Below, piece after piece: positions 55,050-64,000 of a DNA stretch of 64,000 bases. Under the pieces are notes generated by a model that worked only from the letters and a program-made list of their open reading frames with translations, ran no database searches and was not told the DNA's origin. How positions within the stretch are numbered: the stretch's first letter is position 1; the number at the start of each line of letters is the position of its first letter. The translations under genes were made by a program, and so were the position numbers. The DNA lies in the NCBI GenBank assembly GCA_951406725.2, contig OX597824.1, positions 76,260,001 to 76,324,000 on the forward strand, given 5' to 3'. The stretch comes from Octopus vulgaris. Taxonomy: Eukaryota.

Positions 55050-55705
55050 ACTAACATACCTCAAAGCAGACGTATATGTGAAACGCTAAGAAAATAAATA
55101 AGCTATGGTTGGGTATGTTTCTCGAAGACTTGAGGATGACACTAATATCGACATGAAGTGTAACCTTTCTGGGACTTGAGATGGCTACATCACATCACAA
55201 TTCGAAAGTTCCAATTCAAGAGAAAGTGACTGCTATAAAATGTCCAATAAGCAAAAGAAACAGTGAAGATTTTCATGCCCCAGTATGCTACAGAAAATAT
55301 GACTTGTGCTCCATGTTTCAGTGGAAGACATTACGTATGGGATCAGCAATTGTCATCAAGGCATTACCTGCATATGAAGCATAACGTTTTACTGAAACAA
55401 TATACATTGCCATCTGGAAAAAAATGTCCAAGGATAAATACAGAAAATCCCAGTTATTACATATATGCATAAACATCAACACAAGGAATATTGGTAGAGC
55501 AATCCTATCAATATTTATACCAAGTGCAAACAACAGGCCGGATATCGTCATCTGATTAAAGAAAGGTATGTAGAATTTCATAGGTTGGTTAACCGGTTGA
55601 TCTGAATATCACTTCAAAAACCAAGGTGAAAGAGGATAACTACGGACGTTCATTTATACCAAGTGCAAACAACAGGCCAGACATCGTCATCTGGGATAGA
55701 GAAAG
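55050..55705 (+). pseudogene. Degenerate R4/Dong-like ORF segment (zinc knuckle and restriction-like endonuclease)
   Basis: MVGYVSR..ID..ITSQFE..IQEK..LC..VEDITY.IS.C..SRHYL..H..NNRPDIVIWDRE; 55512-55553 is duplicated at 55651-55693. Confidence 0.75.
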
Positions 55706-57244
55706 GTCAAACAAACACACATACATGCATAGGCGCACACGCACGTGCATATCCATAAAGTTTCTAATTACTAAATTCCATTCACAAGACATTGCTCGAC
55801 ATGAAACCACAAAGTTACGAACAACATCTTAACCACACAACCATACGCACACACACACACACACATACACACATACTTACACGCACACACGCATACATAT
55901 ATGCGAGCGCACATTTATATCTATATTTCGATACTGTAGATAATATAATTTATGATTTCAATTGCTGCCGATGTTTATTTAACACCATCGGTGTGTAATT
56001 AACACATCTGTATATAAACGAAGATGTAATCCATCTGACACCATAAGTTATCTCCCCTGTGTATGATTGCCCGCAAGTTTGATCAGCCATTATAATATAA
56101 ACTATAATATTAAATGCAGTGGATAAAACGGAATCAGTAAAAGTAACAGAAACAGAAGACCTCTGGGGATAATTAACAAGTGTAATAGTGTAGTATTTCA
56201 CTTGATTCCATATTTGAAACCTGCCAAGTTTGTGTTCGTTTAATATTACTAAATGGAAGAATTATTTGTTAATTGATATATGTTAATTTGTGCGATGTAG
56301 AATTAGGATATATAAAATCATTTTCTAAATGGAAAATGATTGAAGGACGTGGATCTTTTCTGTTTTGCTGCCACTTTTCAATTTCTTCAATTTTTGTTCA
56401 AATTGAATTCATATTTGGCGTATTGGTGTAGTTTTGTAAAGTAAGCGTTGCCGTGAAATTCATTTTCCCCATAAATTAATATATAAAGAGTTAAAAGCTT
56501 TTAAAGTTTGCAAATTTTGGGTAGTTTTAGCTAATCGAAAGCCACAGATATAAAAAGGTATATAAAAAGGTACCTGTTTCTCAAGTAATAAGCCAAGCTG
56601 ATATTAAGCTTCATACCACGTGTTCTTTTTGTCGCTTACTAAATGCTTTAAACATATGCGGTATTAGATGTGCTGAGAATAACAGCTAAATAGTCTTTAA
56701 ATCACGTACGATGTTTTTGGTTTTTGCATAATCGCATGAATTTTTATGTGTATAATACAAATTCGCAAAAATTTTCTGAAAATTCCAAAAAATAAAATAA
56801 GTTGAGAGGAATTATATGGCATCCATAAAGCGGAATTCCGCCTATACTTACTTTGTTTACAGTTGAAAGCATGTGCTGTCATGCAAAAAAAATGACAGTT
56901 TCCAAATTCTGTTTTCTGGGTGGGTAAAACTCAATAAATTGTTTTGAAACTTTTTCTGGAAGAAGTGAATTATCTCCAGAATTCGAGCGTGAAAAATTAC
57001 ATAAAAACATCAGTTTTAAAATTTTCACTAAACTTCAAAATTTCCATAGGTGCAAACCAGATACAAAAGAGCCAAGGACGTTTTGGTCTCCTAAGTTGAT
57101 AAGAAAGTATTGAATTTTAAGCCATATAAGTTGTGTTGTTCTCGTTGTATAACCCGAAGTCAGATCTTAATGAGTAGACTTACAGCAGACAGGTAGTGAG
57201 CCGACTGATTAGGCGTTATGGTGTTCGGCGCAGGTCTGCGTGAT

Positions 57245-57530
57245 ATGTGTGGCTTAGCGGTTAGGGTGTTGGTTTTATGATCGCAATAACGTTGTTTCGA
57301 TTCTTGGACAGGACGGTGTGTAGCGTGTTCTTAACTTTTACTTGGTTTCAGTCGCTGGCCTGCAACCACGAAGGATCCTAGTCGAAGGAATCGCCCCAAC
57401 TTCGTACTTTTTTTTAAAGTCTGACAATTACACTGTCGATCTCTCTTAGCAAACCGATGGATTACGGGAACGTAAACAAATCAACACCGGTTGTCAAGCG
57501 GTGATAGAGGACAAACACAAAGAAGACACA
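57245..57530. mobile_element. Diverged SINE family C head (+) abutting a diverged family A tail (-)
   Basis: gtggcttagcggttagggtgttgg..gtttcgattc; cgggaacgtaaaca..cggttgtcaagcg..gacaaacaca. Confidence 0.6.
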
Positions 57531-57673
57531 CATAGATATATAAATAAATACAGAGAGAGAGAGAGAAAGAAAGAAGAAAGAGAGAGGTATGCAGGTAGTT
57601 TATCCCGACCCCCTCCGACTTATAGTTTCATGCAATTGAAAAACCCACATTATTTATGGGATGACCTCCCCCC

Positions 57674-57741
<68 letters not shown>

Positions 57742-57747
<6 letters not shown>

Positions 57748-57915
57748 AATTTTACGAAAATAAACAAAAGACGAAGGCAGGTGGTGTACAAACAAACAAA
57801 TGTATTAGTATAGCGCTCAGGAATAGAAAAAAGTCTTTTACGTTTCGAGCCTACGCTCTTCCACAGAAAAATACACAGAAAAAAACAAGGAGAGAAACAA
57901 GAAGAGAAATAAATG
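57742..57915 (-). mobile_element. (TA)n-inserted short element, copy 3
   Basis: acaaaagacgaaggcaggtgg..tgtattagtat.gcgctcagga..cgtttcgagcctacgctcttc shared with 47981-48142. Confidence 0.82.
57834..57871 (-). ncRNA. Minimal hammerhead-like motif, A6U variant (copy 3)
   Basis: Minus strand: TTTTT CTGTGGA A GAGC-gtag-GCTC GAAAC GT A AAAGA; GUA triplet. Confidence 0.55.
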
Positions 57916-57983
57916 CGTGTAGAAGCTAACGATCTATCATATGTGTGTATGTATTCATGTGTGTATGTATATGTATGTATATG

Positions 57984-58085
<102 letters not shown>

Positions 58086-58727
58086 GGTCCAGTTTCACAT
58101 TAACTCCTCACCGATTGAAATTAAATAATTGGCCAGTTGAAACGTCTGTAGTGATTGCTTTCTACTTTAGTTTGTACCCCAAAACGTACGAGCATACATC
58201 AACACTACAGACGCATGCGTGCACACAAGCTCACATACACGCACACGCACATATACTCACACACAAAAACACACACATAAATTACATTCGTAAATGTGTG
58301 TGTGTGTGTATAGAATCAAACAACCCGTATTTCGTAAGAATAATATAATCATAATAAGAATCTGATGAAGAATACTTATTTCAATTTAATGGCATCACTA
58401 TTGTATCTCATTTAATCCTTATTTTTGCTGACTTCTCCATGTGTAATCTTTAAAGTAACTTACGTAAAAGAAGAGATTAAGTTTACTATTGATGCTGTTT
58501 GGATAGCTATCGATAGTATTGATTTCTAATTTCTGCACAATGCCACAAATTTCTACGGATTATATCAATCTTTGTATTTTATTGCGCATTCATTTCCTTG
58601 AACACAGAATACTGGAAAACAAAGTGAAGCTCTGGTTCGATTTGAACTAGGAACTTACTCGTGCGTAACTAAATACAGCAGGTAATTTAGTCTGGTTTTC
58701 TAGCGCCCGTTGCCAATCCCCTCTCTT

Positions 58728-59030
58728 CTGAAGCAAAATAAATATCAAACTCACTGGTGGGCATCGAACCACGTAATACTTCTTTACCGAGGAAAACTTG
58801 CAATCTGTTACACCTCACTAAGTTTCGTTATAGTAATATATCGAGTAATAGACTGATACGGCGGCGGAGTGAGAAGCGCCTGTTATGAGAAGTTTGGCAC
58901 CTCGATGTTATTGTTGCTACAGAGAATAACTTTGGGAAGAGTTGATATTTAACAAATCTCCTACCACACCACTGTCTTTAAACTGTCATTTTATTGTCAC
59001 TCTCTTGTCAAATAGTGAAAACCTCAACGG
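58728..59030 (+). repeat. About 300 bp dispersed direct repeat, copy 1
   Basis: Colinear with 60228-60522, e.g. gttgctacagagaataacttt and ctctcttgtcaaatagtgaaaacctca. Confidence 0.85.
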
Positions 59031-59284
59031 TTTCTCTTTTTGTCTTTCCTTTCGGTTTTGTTTTCCTTGTTAAACCTGCCAAACCAGCGAATACTGAGTG
59101 TTATTTCTAATAAAATGCGTTTTACACCTTGAAGTCAGGCGCTGACATTTCGCAATATATTATGTTGTACTAAGGCGGGAAAATGGCAGAACCGTTAGCA
59201 AGCCGGGAAAACTGAAGATAAATAGAGTCATTTGCCACGATACTAAATGATCAGTAATATACATTAATATATAATAAGTGTAAA

Positions 59285-59825
59285 AGCGGCGGGCTGGTAG
59301 AAACGTTAGCACGCCGGGCCAAATGCTTAGCGGTATTTCGTCTGCCGCTACGTTCTGAGTTCAAATTCCGCCGAGGTCGACTTTGCCTTTCATCCATTCG
59401 GGGTCGATAAATTAAGTACTAGTAACGCACTGGGGTCGATATAATCGACTTAATCCGTTTGTCTATCCTTGTTTGTCCCCTCTGTGTTTAGCCCTTTGTG
59501 GGAATAAAGAAATATATAAGAAATAAGAAATAAGAAACGTTAGCACGCCGGGCGAAATGCTTAGCGGTTTCTCGTCTGTCTTTACGTTGTGAATTCAAAT
59601 TCCGCCGAGGTCGACTTTGCCTTTCATCCTTTCGGGGTCGATAAATTAAGTACCAGTTGCGTACTGGGGTCGATCTAATCGACTGCACTCTCCTCCAATT
59701 TCGGGTCTTGTGCCTAGAGTAGAAAAGAATATATAATAATAATGAGGCGAGCAGGCAGAATCGCGAGCATACTAGACAAAATGCTTAGCGGCATTTCGTC
59801 CGTCCTTACCGTCTGAGTTCAAACA
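59285..59825 (+). mobile_element. Tandem SINE family B copies (tail type 1, then tail type 2, then a head)
   Basis: agaaacgttagcacgccggg repeated at about 59299 and 59533. Confidence 0.9.
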
Positions 59826-60035
59826 CCTAAAGCTCCACGTGGCTCCGGCAGGGGGTGGTGGTGGTCCCTGCTGTACTCTTTCGCCACAACTTTATCTCAC
59901 TCTTTCTTCTGTTTGGCCTGCTCGCTTAGCCAGTGGGGTGGCTTCATTTGAAGGCTAAAACAAAAGCGAAGCGCATTGTGACCAGCGATGTGTTGCAACA
60001 TCTGATAGTCTGGTCGTTCACAGTGATCACGGCGA
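59823..60035 (+). mobile_element. SINE family D body with an alternative tail
   Basis: aaagctccac..ggcagggggtggtgg..ctgtactctttcgccacaacttt shared with 61575-61840; tail shared with 40275-40358 (-). Confidence 0.75.
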
Positions 60036-60227
60036 TATCTGATGCATCGTTCCTTAAGGGCTTGATGCAATTGTAACAATCAAAGTGAAATCTAAGTCCT
60101 GGGAGTAGCTGTGTGGTAAGTAATTAGGCTTAGGAGTAGCTGTGTGGTAAGTAGCTTACTCGTGCTTAAATGCAGCTGGTATAACATTCTCTGACAGTCT
60201 ACTATTTCTTACTGATCCACTCGTCTA

Positions 60228-60522
60228 TGAAGCAAATTCACTGGTGCGTATTGAACCTCGTACTACTTATTACTAAATAAGGAAAAAAGTACTTGCAATC
60301 AGTTACTATAGACTAAGTGTGGATATGATAAAATATCGGCGAAGAGGTTGCTGCAATGGCGGAGAGACGCCTATTATGAGAAGTCTGACACATCGATATA
60401 ATGGTTGCTACAGAGAATAACTTTAAGAGAAAAGTCGATATTTAACAAACCTCCAACCACACTGATGTCTTCATCCTGTCTTTTTTATTGTAACTCTCTT
60501 GTCAAATAGTGAAAACCTCATC
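60228..60522 (+). repeat. About 300 bp dispersed direct repeat, copy 2
   Basis: Colinear with 58728-59030. Confidence 0.85.
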
Positions 60523-60532
60523 GATCTCTTTT

Positions 60533-60668
<136 letters not shown>

Positions 60669-61084
60669 GTGTGTATATATATATATATATAATATATATA
60701 TATATACATAGGTGTGTGTGTACATAAAAATATATATATTTGCACACATGTGCATATACAGGCGTATATGTGTGTATGTTGAAAAGCAAATAAATGAAAA
60801 TGCTTTGAGAATTATATCATGGATAAAAAGAAAAAAAGGAAGTATTTGGATTTTTGTCAAAGTATGCTACTGGTTACAATCTCTTTAAAAGCACGATTTA
60901 GTCAAGAGAAAATAGAAGAAAAATTTTGTTGAAATAAACTAAATTAGTCTTTCAGTTGATTTCAGTTGTGGACGTTCCATTACTTTTTGTTTCACAAAAA
61001 TGACATGATGGCGGTGTTTAGATTTCTTCTGATGGTAACTAGGTCGTACGGATGTTAGTAGCCTTGCCTTCTATTTACCTTCTA

Positions 61085-61296
61085 TTACTCTTTTTACTCT
61101 TTTTACTTGTTTCAGTCATTTGACTGCGGCCATGCGAGCAAATCGACCCCGGGACTTATTCTTTCTAAGCCCAGTACTTATTCTATCGGTCTGTTTTGCC
61201 GAACCGCTAAGTGACGGGGACGTAAACACACTAGCATCGGCTGTCAAGCAATGCTAGGGGGACAAACACAGACACACAAACACACACACACACACA

Positions 61297-61351
<55 letters not shown>

Positions 61352-61518
61352 GACAGGCTTCTTTCAGTCTCCGTCTACCAAATCCACTCACAAGGCATTG
61401 GACGGCCCGGGGCTATAGCAGAAGACACTTGCCCAAGATGCCGCGCAGTGGGACTGAACCCGGAACCATGTGGTTGGTTAGCAAGCTACTTACCACACAG
61501 ACACTCCTGCGCCTATAT
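61085..61518 (-). mobile_element. SINE family A, near full length
   Basis: Reverse complement of 15684-16095. Confidence 0.9.
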
Positions 61519-61571
61519 AAATATACTTGTGAGAAACATCTCAATTTTTTCAATACATACATTCATTAATT

Positions 61572-61840
61572 TCGCCCTTTTCAAGCCTAGCCAGGCTCAT
61601 GGGCCCGGTTTCCCGGTTTCTGTGGCGTATGTGTTCCCCCACCCCAGCTGGACGGGACGCCAGTCCATCGCAGCGTTACTCAAGAAACAGGAAGAGAGAG
61701 TGAGAGAAAGTTGTGGCGAAAGAGTACAACAGGGGTCGCCACCACCCCCTGCCGAAGGTTTGTGGAGCTTTAAGGTGTTTTCGCTAAATAAACTCCGACC
61801 GCGAGTCCGCTGCCCTAACCACTGGGCCATTGCGCCTCCA
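61572..61840 (-). mobile_element. SINE family D (tRNA head, V-SINE-like 3' block)
   Basis: Minus strand ggaggcgcaatggcccagtggttaggg..gatggactggcgtcccgtccag..gaaaccgggaaaccgggccc. Confidence 0.8.
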
Positions 61841-62261
61841 CACATACATACATACATACATACATACATACATACATACATACATACATACATACATACA
61901 TACATACATACATACATACATACATGCACATATACATATGGTGGGCTATATTCTATTGAATGATAGTTATAGAATCACATATACAGGACTTCAGGTTTCT
62001 GTGTTAGTGATACGATGACCGCTTCAGTGCGACAGATGATGAAGTGCAACGATCATCGTATCGTTGGTGTAGAAACTTAAAGTTCTGTATGTGAGTCTAT
62101 ATAACTGTATCGTTCAATACATTCATACGTATATACATACATGCGCGCGCACACACGATTACAGATTTATAGTCAAGATTTTGGCACTACTCGATAAGTG
62201 TTAGCCCAACATAGCAGACCTTTCGAATATTTTTTTCTTCATGCATTGGAATTCATATGAC

Positions 62262-62458
62262 CAGGAGTGGCTGTGTGGTAAATAATTAGGCTTAGGAGTA
62301 GCTGTGTGGTAAGTAGCTTGCTTACAAACCACATGGTTCCGGGTTCAGTCCCACTGCGTGGCACATTGGGCAAGTGTTTTCTACTATAGCCTCGGGCCGA
62401 CCAAAGCCTTGTAAGTGGATTTGGTAGACGAAAACTGAAAGGAGCCCGTCGAATATAA

Positions 62459-62549
<91 letters not shown>

Positions 62550-62748
62550 TGTTTGTCCATGCCAACATCGCTTGACAACCGATGCTGGTGTGTTTACGTC
62601 CCCGTAACTTAGCGGTTCGGCAAAAGCGATCGATAGAATAAGTACTAGGCTTACAAAGAATAAGTCCTGGGGTCGATTTGCTCGACCAAAGGCGCTGCTC
62701 CAGCATGGCCGCAGTCAAATGACTGAAACAAGTAAAAGAGTAAGAGTA
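62262..62748 (+). mobile_element. SINE family A with duplicated A-box head
   Basis: ggagtggctgtgtggtaaataattaggcttaggagtagctgtgtggtaag followed by a full body. Confidence 0.9.
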
Positions 62749-63112
62749 TATATAGACTGCTATCTTTTGATTAGTCCATTTGACACGTCTAAGTATTTAC
62801 TACGCATGTAAGTACAGATATTAAAATCGCCCTATATATGGCTTTGAAACGGAAAATAATATGTTTAAAAAATTGAAAAACGCCATGCGTTATTTTATTT
62901 TTTTGGAAGCATGATAAAAATAATTAAACTTAACGAATGAAGAAAACATATCCCTTACTGAATATATATCTGAAATAAATATGTTTGTGTGTGGGTTGAG
63001 GACTACTTTTATTTTAGTAACACGTGTATGCTTCTCTCTCAATTCTAATATATATTCTAACATATTCTTTCTCCCGTTCGTCCTGGTCCACCTGGACGTC
63101 ATCGTGCTCCCG

Positions 63113-63154
<42 letters not shown>

Positions 63155-63339
63155 GAACAAAACACCCCCCCCATCCAATGGACGGTGCTGAGTTGTCAAA
63201 CATTTAAACCAAATTTTCTCAAAACAACTTGTCCAACCGTCCCATAGGCCTCCCCTTTGAGAAACACTGATTTAAACTAAATTTGAGACACCAGCAAAAG
63301 AAGAAATAAAGATATACTTTTTTCCTATTCTAAAGAATG

Positions 63340-63513
63340 CTTTATCGATCACATTCTGACCTGGAATCGATTTTTGCAATGTTTTCAAGACTTATACACG
63401 CCCTGATACCGTCGGTATCTACATATCAAATTTGAGCGCAATCGGATGGAGTATGCCCGAGATCCTAGAAGACACACACACACAGACAGACAGAACGGAT
63501 TTTATATAATAGA
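63340..63513 (-). mobile_element. 5' part of a Helitron-like non-autonomous element
   Basis: Minus strand a|TCtattatataaaatccgttctgtctgtctgtgtg..ccgatt..aaatttga parallels the start of 36295-36677; no 3' CTAG end found. Confidence 0.55.
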
Positions 63514-64000
63514 TATATATACATACACACACATATGTGAGTATGTATATAAACAACATATTTACCGTGGTGAATGTCATAGTTTAAATTTAATCTATTT
63601 TTTCCTTTTACATAAGGATAATTTATAAGCTTAAACTTTACCAAAGTTTTTTAAACTCAAGAAATACGGTAATATTATTTATGAAAATCTTAAGAGCAAT
63701 CTCTAAACGCTGTCATTTTCTTATCTATTTTATGATAAATATATTTCTGTACAGTACAGTTTGCCGTCACGTGCGGACACGTATGGTTCCATAACATAAC
63801 TGTTCTTTTAATAATTGTTTTCGGTGCCTATGTAATCTCGAGCAGACGTAGACATGCCTTCGAGGCCCCTTATCCGTCACTCAACCGAACAAGCCGGATG
63901 TGAGGCTGCTGGAGGGAGAGAGGCTAGCGTTAGCCCCCGACCGGTGACCATCAAAGCTTAGTAGATTGAAGCAACGTGATAGAAGCATTGCATTTCTCCT

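Noticed and set aside
63070-63115. Minus-strand CGATGA C GTCC...GGAC GAAC as a hammerhead
   Set aside because: Core is incomplete and the flanks are direct, not complementary, so there is no stem I

Overview
Repeat-saturated, AT-rich eukaryotic non-coding DNA; the SINE families and microsatellite load look like an octopus (coleoid cephalopod) genome, which is an inference from repeat recognition. No host protein-coding exon, rRNA or tRNA gene could be supported, and nearly all ORFs in the track are translations of microsatellites. The window holds (i) dozens of tRNA-head SINEs of about four modular families, (ii) decayed non-LTR retrotransposons (two Tx1/L1-like copies, several R4/Dong-like fragments, Penelope RT and GIY-YIG relics, CR1 and RTE 3' fragments), (iii) mariner relics, two Tc1/mariner MITEs and Helitron-like elements. 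The most notable signal is a set of nine minimal type-I hammerhead-ribozyme-like motifs in six sequence families, most in short non-coding elements next to (TA)n tracts. They include a G3-C8 core variant (two copies) and an A6U core variant (three copies, with stem-I covariation). Retroelement families also appear to occupy different microsatellites, and one SINE family shares its 3' tail with the Tx1-like LINEs and nests into its own head. All translations and folds were read by eye; boundaries are approximate unless a TSD or TIR is given.
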